This document shows positions 27,054 through 36,347 of a stretch of DNA of 64,000 bases, one piece after another (position 1 is the first letter of the stretch; every line of letters begins with the position of its first letter). A model generated the notes under the pieces. It had not been told where the DNA came from and did no database searches. It saw nothing but the letters and a program-made list of their open reading frames with translations. The DNA is from an uncultured bacterium (GTDB taxonomy: Bacteria; Bacillota; Clostridia; Christensenellales; QALW01), in NCBI GenBank assembly GCA_905214315.1, contig CAJMLN010000002.1, forward strand, positions 9,907 to 73,906. The letters run 5' to 3'. The position numbers and the translations under genes were made by a program.

Positions 27054-27911
27054 ATGCAGAGCAAGCAAACGGAACAGGGACCCCGCAGCATTCAGTGGTA
27101 TCCCGGGCATATGGCCGCCGCCAAGCGCATGATGGAGGAAAACCTGAAGCTGGTGGATCTGATTCTGGAGCTGCGCGACGCCCGAATTCCCCATGCCAGC
27201 GCCAACCCGGATATCGGGAATTTTTCCAAGCCCAGGCTGATTTTATTAAATAAAAGCGATATGGCCGACGCCCGCAGGACCGCGCGCTGGCTGGCCTGGT
27301 TTCAGGCGCAGGGACAGCCCGCCCTGGCGATTACCGCCCGGCAGAAGCAGACGGAGGTGTTTGCTTTCATCGATCGCCTCTGCGCCGAAAAAATGGCTTA
27401 TTTTCAGGCCAGGGGCGTAAAAAAGAATCCGCGCGTGCTGGTGGCGGGTATTCCCAACACGGGCAAATCCACGCTGATTAACTCCCTTTGCGGCGCGGCA
27501 AGGGCAAAAACGGGGGACAGGCCCGGCGTAACGCGCGGCAAGCAGTGGATCAAGGCCCGCAATATCGAGCTGCTGGACACCCCCGGCCTGCTCTGGCCCC
27601 GCTTTGACGATCAGCAGTGCGCCCGGCGTATGGCGTTTACCGGCGCGGTGAACGACGAGGTCATGGATCTGGGCGAGCTGGCGCTGAGCCTGATCGATAC
27701 CCTGCGTCAGGCTTACCCGGACGCTCTGCCCGCGCGGTACGGCATCACCCCCGGTGAGCAGGCGATCGATGATTTTGACGCCATCTGCCGCCGGCGCGGT
27801 TTTCTGCTGAAAAACAGCGAAGCAGACTATGACCGCGGGGCGCGCGTATTATTAGATGAATTCCGCGGCGGAAAGTTAGGCCGCATAACACTGGAGGAGC
27901 CCAATGACTGA
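27054..27911 (+). CDS. rbgA: Ribosome biogenesis GTPase A (YlqF/RbgA)
   Basis: IQWYPGHMAAAKR start. Circularly permuted GTPase motifs (LLNKSDM ... GIPNTGKSTLIN ... DTPG). The ATG at 27054 follows AAAGGAA. The track ORF is extended by 68 codons. Confidence 0.9.
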   Translation: MQSKQTEQGPRSIQWYPGHMAAAKRMMEENLKLVDLILELRDARIPHASANPDIGNFSKPRLILLNKSDMADARRTARWLAWFQAQGQPALAITARQKQTEVFAFIDRLCAEKMAYFQARGVKKNPRVLVAGIPNTGKSTLINSLCGAARAKTGDRPGVTRGKQWIKARNIELLDTPGLLWPRFDDQQCARRMAFTGAVNDEVMDLGELALSLIDTLRQAYPDALPARYGITPGEQAIDDFDAICRRRGFLLKNSEADYDRGARVLLDEFRGGKLGRITLEEPND

Positions 27912-28506
27912 ACTTTGGTCCATAGAGGCGGCCCTGAAGGCCGAGGGCTTTAGCCGTATTGCCGGCATCGACGAGGCCGGCCGCGGTCCTCTGGCCGGGC
28001 CGGTGGCCGCCGCATGCGTGATTCTGGAGGAAAAGCACATTCCCGCGGGAATCAACGATTCCAAAAAGCTTTCCCCCAAAAAGCGGGAGGCGCTCTTTGA
28101 TGAAATTATGGAATCAGCCGTTGTCTCCTGCGCGCTGGTGGAGGAAAAGACGATCGATACCATCAATATCCTGCAGGCCACCAAGCTGGCCATGCGCCGC
28201 GCGGCGGAGGGGATGCGGCAAAAGCCGGATTTTATCCTGATCGACGGAAACTTTACCGTAGGCGCCTGCGGGCAGGAGCGGGCCGTAATCGGGGGCGACG
28301 CCAAAAGCGCGTCGATCGCCGCGGCCTCGATTATCGCCAAGGTGACGCGGGACCGGCTGATGCTGCGCCTGGACGAGGAATATCCGATGTACGGCTTTGC
28401 AAAGCACAAGGGCTACGGCACGCGGGAGCATATCGAAAACCTTTTAAAATACGGCCCGTGCCCGTATCATCGCCGCAGCTTTTTAAAAAAGATCTATGAA
28501 CCATAG
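27904..28506 (+). CDS. rnhB: Ribonuclease HII
   Basis: IAGIDEAGRGPLAGPV catalytic motif. 200 aa. Overlaps rbgA by 8 nt. Confidence 0.95.
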   Translation: MTELWSIEAALKAEGFSRIAGIDEAGRGPLAGPVAAACVILEEKHIPAGINDSKKLSPKKREALFDEIMESAVVSCALVEEKTIDTINILQATKLAMRRAAEGMRQKPDFILIDGNFTVGACGQERAVIGGDAKSASIAAASIIAKVTRDRLMLRLDEEYPMYGFAKHKGYGTREHIENLLKYGPCPYHRRSFLKKIYEP

Positions 28507-28849
28507 GGAAAAGGGCGCGCTGGGTGAGCAGGCGGCCTGCGCGTATCTGAAAAAACAGGGCTACGCCATCCTGGAGACCAACTATCACGCCTCCCGTCTG
28601 GCGGAGGTGGATATCATTGCCAGGGAAAAGAACACGCTGGTGTTTGTGGAGGTAAAGCTGCGTACCGGCACACAATTCGGCCGGGGCCGCGAGGCCGTTA
28701 CGCCTAAAAAGCAGCATTCCCTGCGCACGGCGGCGCTGCACTATCTGGCCTGCAGGGGTCTTCGGGAGGTTCCCTGCCGGTTTGACGTAATCGAGCTGTC
28801 TCTCTCCGGGGAGACGGCCGATATGGAACATATTAAAAACGCATTTTAA
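28496..28849 (+). CDS. yraN: YraN-family (UPF0102) endonuclease-like protein
   Basis: 117 aa. G...E..A..YL...GY.IL..N......EVDIIA......LVFVEVK.R pattern. Confidence 0.85.
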   Translation: MNHREKGALGEQAACAYLKKQGYAILETNYHASRLAEVDIIAREKNTLVFVEVKLRTGTQFGRGREAVTPKKQHSLRTAALHYLACRGLREVPCRFDVIELSLSGETADMEHIKNAF

Positions 28850-28861
28850 AGGACGGATTGC

Positions 28862-31800
28862 ATGAAAAGACGTATTGCGCTTATTTTGGTGCTGCTGCTG
28901 TTCTGCGGCTGCGCGAATGATCAGCCCCGGCAGGAGCTGAACGAGAATCTATTGCAGAATCCGGGCTTCGAGAGTGAAACCGGTATCGATATCACCGGCT
29001 GGCAGCTGGACCGGTACGATTCCTCGGAGCCGGTGGAGAATTACCGCGTAATCGCCGCGCAGGACGCGCCGCAGGGGGAAAATGCGCTGGCCATTACCAG
29101 CACCTCCTACAACGATGTGCGCCTGACGCAAACGGTTGCGGTTATGCCGTCTTCGTATTACTGCCTTTCGGCTATGGTGAAAACCGGTGAGATTACCCCC
29201 CGGGATGCAGATTCCGGTGCAAATATTTCTCTGCTTCAATCGTATTTTACCAGCGCGTACCTGCAGGGCGATACGGACTGGACAAAGGTTACCGTATACG
29301 GCTGTACCGGCGAGGATCTGCGCGAGGTAACCGTTTGCCTGCGGCTGGGCTTTTACAGCGCCGACTGCAAGGGCGAGGCATTTTTTGACGACGTTTCCTT
29401 TATCCGCATTGAAAAAGATCAGATTCCCGAAGGCGCCGCGGTGCTCTCCATGGAAAGCTTTTCCTTTGATTCTGTAAAAGAGGAGGACGCAAGGACGCCC
29501 GATGGAATCGGCGGCGCTGCTGCGCTGCGGGGAATTTTATATTTTGTGGTTTTAACCGCGTTTGCCGTGCTGCTGCTGAAAAAACAATGGGCCGAAAAGC
29601 TGCCTGCCTGGGCGTTTGCGGCGCTGCTGGGGGTGGCGCTGGTCATCAGGCTGATCTGCTCCCTTACCTATTACGGCTTTACGGTGGACGTAAACTGCTT
29701 TGCGGCATGGGGCTCCAAAATGGCCTCGGCCGGCCCTGCGGGCTTTTATTCCAAGGACTATTTCTGCGATTATCCGCCGCTGTACATGTTTGTGCTGGGG
29801 ATTCTCTCGGCCATAGGCTCGGCGTTTGACCTTTCACTGAACCAGGGCGCAGGCGTGCTTCTGCTGAAGCTGCCGGCTATGCTGTGCGATATTCTCTCGG
29901 CGCTGGTGCTTTATAAAATCGTAAAAAGACACGCCGGCCGCGGAGCCGCCGTTGCGGTGGCTCTGCTGTATGCGTTCAACCCGGCGGCCATCCTGAACAG
30001 CGCCCTGTGGGGGCAGGTAGACTCTGTTTTAGTTCTTTTGATGCTGCTGGCATTCTATCTGGTGGAAAGCGACCGCTTTGGCTGGGGCGTGCTGGTATTT
30101 TTTGCCGGACTTTTGGCCAAGCCCCAGGCGGTACTCTTCGGGCCGGTCATGCTCTTTGCGGCCGTGCGGGAAATGACGGTGCTCATCCGGGCGTTCCGGG
30201 CCGGGAACCGCCGCGAAGGTATCCGCCGGCTGCTTTGGGGCTGGGGCTCGGTGCTGGTCTGCGTTCTGGTGTTCCTGCTGTTTTCGGTTTGGATGAAGAA
30301 TGGCCAAAGCCCGGATTGGCTTTGGAATAAATATATGGAAACGCTCGGCTCCTACAACTACGCCACGCTCAATTCCTTTGGCTTTATGGGCCTGATCGGC
30401 GGACAGTGGGCGCCGGCGGAGAATATCAGCGCGCTGGGTATTTCCTATTCCCTTCTGGGCACGCTGCTGTTGGCGGCGGTGCTGCTCTATGCGCTGGGGC
30501 TGTTCCTGTGGCGGCTGGCAAAGGACAAAGGCTCTCTTTCCCCCAGCTGGTTCTGGCTGTTTGCCGCGCTGATTGCAGCGGGCGCGGTCACCTTCAGCAC
30601 CCGCACGCACGAGCGGTATATGTTCCCCGTGGCGGCGTTTTTGCTGGCGTCCTTCGCCTGCTTTCATGATTTCCGCCTGCTGGCACTGGGCGGCGGCTTT
30701 GCCCTTTGCAATTTCGTCAATACGGCCAGTGTGCTGTATATTTATGAGAAATTGGGCGTCTATATGGACGCCGACAGTCCGCTGATGCTGATCGGTTCGC
30801 TGATAACGGTCGTGCTGTTTTTGATATTGGCCGTGGTGGCGGCGGATTTGACCAGAAACGGCGTAAAACAGAGAAAGGAAATGTCTATGAATCAGCCTGT
30901 TAAGCCTGAAAAGGATTTTCGCCTGCGGAACCTGCTGCGGCGCAGGGAGTCCCGTCTGCCGAAGGTAAAACCGCGGGATGCGCTGCTTTGCGGTGCGATT
31001 ACCGTGCTGTACGCGCTCCTGGCATTTACAAATTTGGGAAATACGGATTCCCCCCAAACCTATTGGTATCCTTCTAACCACACCTACTATACCGTGGCGG
31101 ATTTGGGGCAGGAGCAGTCGGTGGATGAGATCTGGTATAACGCGGCTGCCGCATCCGGTTCCTTTTCCCTTTCGTATTCCTCCGACGGGCAGCAGTATAC
31201 CCCTTTGACTACCGTACGCCTGCGCCCGAACGATGTGGATACCTGGAGCGCCGCCCTGCGGCAGGAATTTTCCGCCCGATATATCAAAGTAGAGACGACA
31301 GTTGCCGGTACCAGTTTGAATGAGCTGGCCATCGTAAACGACGGCGTACTGCTTCCGGCAGAAGAGGCTGTGTCCTGGACCGCCCCCGTGGATGCGCAGA
31401 CGGCTGCCTTCAGCAATCTGTTCGACTGCCCCGAAAGCTTTTCCCAGGATCTGCTGCATACCGTGCCGGAGACCGTCTGGACAAGCGGAAGCACCTATGT
31501 CCTTACCCTGAAGGAGCCGGCTGATATCAGCAGTATTTACGGTTTTGTGGACCAGGGCAATCCGTATGCGTCGGTAACTCTTCAGGCATACAGCGAGGAA
31601 ACGCTGGAATGGGTGGATTTTGCCGTAATTCCCGGGGGGAATGCATATGCCTGGGTGGAAGCGAATAAAGTTTTACTGGACGAGGCGTTTTTGATTGACC
31701 GCCTGCGCCTTGTAAGTATGGAAGGGCAGATAACCCTTGGCGAGCTGGTATTGCTGGATCAAGGCGGCCGGGTGCTTGAAATAGAAAGCATTTGTGACGA

Positions 31801-33694
31801 GGCCGGCGCCGTGTGCGCTCCGGAGGCGGCGATATATAACTGCTTTGACGAACCGGAAAAAAGCGCGGCTCACCAGAAGCTGCTGCAGCTTTTTTGGAAT
31901 ACGGAGCCCTGGGAAATTACCACCTGCGGGGACTTTGTAGTGGCCGATTTCGGCCGTACGTATTCGATTGACCGGGGCTATTTCTTTACCAGTGTATGCT
32001 CGGGCAGCTTTTCGGTGTACTATTCCTATGACGGCGAGCTGTGGTCTGAGCCGGAGCAGCATAAAGTAGAGGCCGGGCAGCTGTATTACTGGCACGGCCT
32101 GCCCTCGGACGGAAACACGTATCGATCCCTGCAGGCACGGTTTGTAGCCGTAGTAGCCGATACCCCGTACCTGCGCTTTTTGGAGATGGGCTTTTTTGAA
32201 AACAGCGAGGATGAAACCGTGATTCCCATTGCGGAAATCCGCTGCGGCAGAGAGGGGGAGGACTGCGGCTGCAATCTGTTTGATGAGCAGAGTCTTGTTC
32301 CCACGCGCCCTTCGTACATGAATAGTATGTACTTTGATGAGATTTATCACGCCCGCACCGCCTATGAGAGTGCCAACGGCTTGTCCATTTACGAGTGGAC
32401 CCATCCGCCGCTGGGCAAGGATATGATGGCCTGGTGCGTATCGCTGATGGGCATGACGCCCTTTGCCTGGCGCTTTGCCGGAACGCTGGCGGGCGTGCTG
32501 ATGCTGCCGGCTATGTACTTTTTAGGCCTGCTGCTGTTTAAAAAACGCACCTGGGCCACGATGCTCTGCGCGCTGATGGCGCTGGACGGCATGCACTTTG
32601 TGCAGACGCGCATCGCGACGATCGATTCCTTCGGCGTGCTGTTTATCATTCTGATGTTTTTGTTCATGTACTGGTACTACAGCATCAGCTTTTACGATAA
32701 GCCCCTGTGGAAAACGTTCATTCCCCTGGGGCTGTGCGGCCTCAGCTTCGGGCTGGGGGCGGCCAGCAAGTGGATCGGCCTCTATGCCGGCGCAGGGCTT
32801 GCCGTACTGTTCTTTATCACCCTGGGCCGGCGCTACAGCGAATACCGGACGGCCAAAGAGGCGCTGAAAACGCCGGATCCGCCCCAGAAGGAATATCTGC
32901 AGCATATCGTGGACCGTTTTACCCTTAACACCTGCTATACGCTGCTGTTCTGTATTCTGGTGTTTATCATCCTTCCGGTCATCATCTACTGCGCCTCCTA
33001 TTATCCGTACTGGAACGCGGCAGGAGAATCCCGCCCGTGGTATCAGATCATTCTGGATAACCAAAGCGCAATGTTCAACTATCATTCCAAGCTGACGGCC
33101 ACCCATGCGTTCCAGTCCGACTGGTACACCTGGCCGGTGATCTACCGCCCGATGTTCTTCTATATGGGGCGCGAGCTCCCCGCGGGGCAGATGGAGTGTA
33201 TTTCCTCCTTCGGCAATCCGGCCATCTGGTATATGGGTCTTGTATGCACCTTAATCAGTCTTGGCCTGTTTATAAAAAAGGCGATAACCGGCTCACCCCT
33301 GGTCTCCTCCGCGGAAGGGGATTCCCGCTTTTTAAAGCTGTTTGCCGCCGGGGATGAAGCGGATCCGGATCGGAGCGAGCGCGACCGGCGCCTGCTGCTG
33401 TTCTGCCTGCTGGGGCTGGCGTGCAACCTGCTGCCCTGGGTAGGCATCAGCCGGTGCATCTTCATTTACCATTACTTTGCTTCGGTGCCGTTTATTATGA
33501 TCTTTACGGTATATATCTTCCGCAACATCTGCCGGTACAATAAAAAGACGGGGGCGGCGCTGACGATCGCCTTCCTGGTTCTGGCGGCGGTGCTGTTTGT
33601 GATGTTCCTGCCCGTATGGTCGGGTGCGGAGGTTTCCAAGGATTACGTCAACACCTACCTGAAATGGTTCCCCTCCTGGGTATTCGGAAGCTGA
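28862..33694 (+). CDS. Giant lipoprotein fusing an N-terminal GT-C glycosyltransferase module and a C-terminal GT39/PMT-type mannosyltransferase, with CBM-like and discoidin-like domains
   Basis: Single 1,610-aa ORF. Lipobox LLFCGC. CBM-like segment at ~25-190. Polytopic module with DYPPLYMF (D303) and NSALWGQVDS. PMT hallmarks NLGNTDSP (N724), FDEIYHARTA (D1159-E1160), HPPLGK and a C-terminal 4-TM region. Confidence 0.8.
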   Translation: MKRRIALILVLLLFCGCANDQPRQELNENLLQNPGFESETGIDITGWQLDRYDSSEPVENYRVIAAQDAPQGENALAITSTSYNDVRLTQTVAVMPSSYYCLSAMVKTGEITPRDADSGANISLLQSYFTSAYLQGDTDWTKVTVYGCTGEDLREVTVCLRLGFYSADCKGEAFFDDVSFIRIEKDQIPEGAAVLSMESFSFDSVKEEDARTPDGIGGAAALRGILYFVVLTAFAVLLLKKQWAEKLPAWAFAALLGVALVIRLICSLTYYGFTVDVNCFAAWGSKMASAGPAGFYSKDYFCDYPPLYMFVLGILSAIGSAFDLSLNQGAGVLLLKLPAMLCDILSALVLYKIVKRHAGRGAAVAVALLYAFNPAAILNSALWGQVDSVLVLLMLLAFYLVESDRFGWGVLVFFAGLLAKPQAVLFGPVMLFAAVREMTVLIRAFRAGNRREGIRRLLWGWGSVLVCVLVFLLFSVWMKNGQSPDWLWNKYMETLGSYNYATLNSFGFMGLIGGQWAPAENISALGISYSLLGTLLLAAVLLYALGLFLWRLAKDKGSLSPSWFWLFAALIAAGAVTFSTRTHERYMFPVAAFLLASFACFHDFRLLALGGGFALCNFVNTASVLYIYEKLGVYMDADSPLMLIGSLITVVLFLILAVVAADLTRNGVKQRKEMSMNQPVKPEKDFRLRNLLRRRESRLPKVKPRDALLCGAITVLYALLAFTNLGNTDSPQTYWYPSNHTYYTVADLGQEQSVDEIWYNAAAASGSFSLSYSSDGQQYTPLTTVRLRPNDVDTWSAALRQEFSARYIKVETTVAGTSLNELAIVNDGVLLPAEEAVSWTAPVDAQTAAFSNLFDCPESFSQDLLHTVPETVWTSGSTYVLTLKEPADISSIYGFVDQGNPYASVTLQAYSEETLEWVDFAVIPGGNAYAWVEANKVLLDEAFLIDRLRLVSMEGQITLGELVLLDQGGRVLEIESICDEAGAVCAPEAAIYNCFDEPEKSAAHQKLLQLFWNTEPWEITTCGDFVVADFGRTYSIDRGYFFTSVCSGSFSVYYSYDGELWSEPEQHKVEAGQLYYWHGLPSDGNTYRSLQARFVAVVADTPYLRFLEMGFFENSEDETVIPIAEIRCGREGEDCGCNLFDEQSLVPTRPSYMNSMYFDEIYHARTAYESANGLSIYEWTHPPLGKDMMAWCVSLMGMTPFAWRFAGTLAGVLMLPAMYFLGLLLFKKRTWATMLCALMALDGMHFVQTRIATIDSFGVLFIILMFLFMYWYYSISFYDKPLWKTFIPLGLCGLSFGLGAASKWIGLYAGAGLAVLFFITLGRRYSEYRTAKEALKTPDPPQKEYLQHIVDRFTLNTCYTLLFCILVFIILPVIIYCASYYPYWNAAGESRPWYQIILDNQSAMFNYHSKLTATHAFQSDWYTWPVIYRPMFFYMGRELPAGQMECISSFGNPAIWYMGLVCTLISLGLFIKKAITGSPLVSSAEGDSRFLKLFAAGDEADPDRSERDRRLLLFCLLGLACNLLPWVGISRCIFIYHYFASVPFIMIFTVYIFRNICRYNKKTGAALTIAFLVLAAVLFVMFLPVWSGAEVSKDYVNTYLKWFPSWVFGS

Positions 33695-33708
33695 TAAGGA
33701 GGAAAGCT

Positions 33709-34782
33709 ATGCGTTATAAAAGCTATAAACGGTTAAAGCGCGCCGCCAAGGCGCTTACGGCCTGCTCGGTTGTTCTGCTGCTGCTGTTTTCGCTCTATGC
33801 TTCCGTGGTATGGTTCAACGCGCCGTATCTTTCCACCCTGCGGGATATCTGGATTGAAACCGCAATGACCACCAATGACCATCAGTGGCTGGCCACCGGG
33901 CTCTTCCCCCAGTGGCTGATTGAGGACGTGATGCGCCGTCAGGTGCGCACCGACGATGTGCTGGGCGGCCTGACGCTGCCGGAAAAGGATCCCGATTCCT
34001 CCGAGGTCTTTGCACCGCAGGAGGATATTCTGGGGCAGAAGCAGCTTACCGTGGGCGGCAAGGACGCCCTGGGCAATAAGGTGCTGGTTAACGACATTGA
34101 ACAGGGCATTGTCATTTCCCAGGTAAAGGGCAGCACGTTTGTCGGGCAGCTGGTGATGATCGACGATCCCTCCCGCGTATTCGTGGCCACCACCAACCGC
34201 AAGGGTGTGTGGGGTCAGTGCGTGGGCGAGCTGATGGAGGAGCACAACGCCGTAATCGGCATCAACGGCAGCGGCTTTGAGGATATCGATGGCCACGGCA
34301 AGGGCGGCGTGATCAACGGGCTCTGCTATTCCATGGGGGAGCCGTGGGGCACCAACAACGGCTGGCCTGCTATTGTGTTTGATGAAAACGACCGCCTGAT
34401 TGTGGGAAAGCTTGCCGATTGGGAGGCCTACCACGTGCGCGACGGCGTCCAGTTTGGCCCGGTGCTCATCTGCGACGGCGAACAGCTGATTACAAAATCC
34501 GCCGGCTACGGCATGCAGCCGCGCACCATTGTGGCGCAGCGTGCCGACGGCGTGGTGTTCTTTATGATTGTGGACGGCCGGCAGGTGGGGTATTCCATCG
34601 GCGCCACCTTAGGCGAATGCGCCGATATTTTAATGGCCTACGGCGCGGTAAACGCCGCCTCCTGTGACGGCGGCTCCTCCAGCGTGCTGGGATATAACGG
34701 AAAGGTCATCAATATTCCCTCTACACCAATGAAGGATACCGGCCGGTATCTGCCCAACGCGTTTTTAGTCAGGAAAAAATAA
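33709..34782 (+). CDS. Membrane-anchored phosphodiester glycosidase family protein (NAGPA/DUF2233-like)
   Basis: 357 aa from MRYKSYKRLKR, followed by a TM helix. The C-terminal ...MAYGAVNAASCDGGSSSVLGYNGKVIN... is typical of the family. SD AAGGAGG lies 6 nt before the ATG at 33709, 15 nt after the GT stop. Confidence 0.75.
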   Translation: MRYKSYKRLKRAAKALTACSVVLLLLFSLYASVVWFNAPYLSTLRDIWIETAMTTNDHQWLATGLFPQWLIEDVMRRQVRTDDVLGGLTLPEKDPDSSEVFAPQEDILGQKQLTVGGKDALGNKVLVNDIEQGIVISQVKGSTFVGQLVMIDDPSRVFVATTNRKGVWGQCVGELMEEHNAVIGINGSGFEDIDGHGKGGVINGLCYSMGEPWGTNNGWPAIVFDENDRLIVGKLADWEAYHVRDGVQFGPVLICDGEQLITKSAGYGMQPRTIVAQRADGVVFFMIVDGRQVGYSIGATLGECADILMAYGAVNAASCDGGSSSVLGYNGKVINIPSTPMKDTGRYLPNAFLVRKK

Positions 34783-34804
34783 ATTTTGTGGAAAGGCAAG
34801 CAAA

Positions 34805-36334
34805 ATGTTAGCAAAAGTACAGAGCCTGGGCCTTCACGGAATCGACGGACTTCCGGTCACGGCCGAATGCGACGTTTCCGGGGGACTGCCCTCTTTTGAG
34901 CTTGTGGGCCTGCCTGACGCGGCGGTAAAGGAAGCCAGGGAGCGCGTGCGCTCGGCCGTAAAAAACAGCGGCTTTGAATTTCCTTTAGCCCGCATTACGG
35001 TTAACCTTGCGCCGGCGGACATCAAAAAAGAGGGACCGGTATATGATCTGCCGATCGCCGCGGGGCTTCTGGCGGCAACTGGCCAGATAAAGCGCGAGAT
35101 GCTCGAGGACGCCGTGCTGATCGGCGAGCTTTCCTTAAGCGGGGATATCAAGGGCGTGCGCGGCGTTACGCCGATGCTGATTTCCGCCCGCGCCGCGGGG
35201 AAGAAGGTATTTTTTCTCTCCCCCGAAAACAGGCCCGAGGCCGGCTTTATTGAAGGCATTACCGTATATACCCCCCAAAATCTGCAGCAGCTGGCGCGCT
35301 TTTTTAAGGGCGAGCTGACGCTGGAGCCGGTGGAGCACGTCTCTTGGGAAACGCTGCGCCGGCAGAAAAAGCCCCAGGCGGATTTTCAGTTTATCAAAGG
35401 CCAGAAGGCCGCCAAGCGCGCGGCGGAGATCGCGGCCGCCGGGGGGCACAATATGCTTTTGATCGGTCCGCCCGGCTCCGGAAAGACCATGCTTGCCCGC
35501 GCCATGCCCTCGATTTTGCCCCAGATGACCTTTGAGGAAGCGCTGGAGACGACAAAAATCCATTCGGTAAGCGGCACCCTGGAGGACGGCATTTTATGCA
35601 CGCGCCCGTTCCGCTGTCCGCATCATACCGCCAGCATCGCCGCGCTTACCGGCGGCGGTGCCAAGGCTAAGCCGGGCGAGGTTTCCCTGGCCCACAACGG
35701 TGTCTTGTTTTTGGATGAGCTGCCCGAATATAACCGCAATGCGCTGGAGGCCCTGCGCCAGCCCCTGGAGGACGGCGTGATCACCGTTTCCCGGGTGTTC
35801 GGCTCCATGGCGTATCCGGCCGGCTTTATGCTGATAGCCAGCATGAACCCCTGCCCCTGCGGCAATTACGGCTCCAAAACAAAAAAATGTACCTGTACGC
35901 CCGCGGCCATCCAGAAATATTTAGCCAGAATCTCCGGCCCACTGCTGGACCGGATCGATCTGCAGATCGAGGTGGACGCTGTCACCTACACGGATATGAC
36001 CGATACCGCCGCCGCAGAGAGCAGCGAGGAAATAAAGGCACGCGTACAGCGGGCGCGGGAGATCCAGACGCGCCGCTTTGCCGGCACCGGATTTTTCTGT
36101 AACGCGCAGATGGACGCGGCGGCGGTCAAGGCTTACTGCGGGCTGGACGCGGCCTCCGAGGCGCTGCTGAAGCGGGCCTTTGCCTCGCTGAACATGAGCG
36201 CGCGGGGATACCACCGCATTTTAAAGGTGGCGCGCACTGTCGCCGACCTGGAAGAGAGCGCAGCCATTACGCCGGCCCATATCGCCCAGGCGATCGGATA
36301 TCGGAATCTGGACAGAAAATACTGGCCGCATTGA
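34805..36334 (+). CDS. comM: YifB/ComM-family Mg-chelatase-like AAA+ ATPase
   Basis: N-terminal Lon-protease-like domain. Walker A LIGPPGSGKTMLA. GVLFLDELPE. C-terminal HRILKVARTVADLE. Confidence 0.92.
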   Translation: MLAKVQSLGLHGIDGLPVTAECDVSGGLPSFELVGLPDAAVKEARERVRSAVKNSGFEFPLARITVNLAPADIKKEGPVYDLPIAAGLLAATGQIKREMLEDAVLIGELSLSGDIKGVRGVTPMLISARAAGKKVFFLSPENRPEAGFIEGITVYTPQNLQQLARFFKGELTLEPVEHVSWETLRRQKKPQADFQFIKGQKAAKRAAEIAAAGGHNMLLIGPPGSGKTMLARAMPSILPQMTFEEALETTKIHSVSGTLEDGILCTRPFRCPHHTASIAALTGGGAKAKPGEVSLAHNGVLFLDELPEYNRNALEALRQPLEDGVITVSRVFGSMAYPAGFMLIASMNPCPCGNYGSKTKKCTCTPAAIQKYLARISGPLLDRIDLQIEVDAVTYTDMTDTAAAESSEEIKARVQRAREIQTRRFAGTGFFCNAQMDAAAVKAYCGLDAASEALLKRAFASLNMSARGYHRILKVARTVADLEESAAITPAHIAQAIGYRNLDRKYWPH

Positions 36335-36347
36335 GAAAGGAACATTT

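Noticed and set aside
30029-31459. 476-aa minus-strand ORF inside the giant GT gene (also 31673-32404 and 32522-33106)
   Set aside because: These are antisense to a frame with clear TM-helix periodicity and PMT motifs. Their composition is Arg/Gln/His/Gly-rich and unlike real proteins.
36335-36347. Expected yybP-ykoY Mn riboswitch in front of mntP; also a vague resemblance of the 62170-62250 element (AAAAGGTTGGGGCAG...GTGACCTTTT) to that riboswitch
   Set aside because: mntP starts 13 nt after the comM stop, which leaves no room for a riboswitch. The 62170 element lacks the conserved GGGGAGUAG core and has no downstream gene to regulate.
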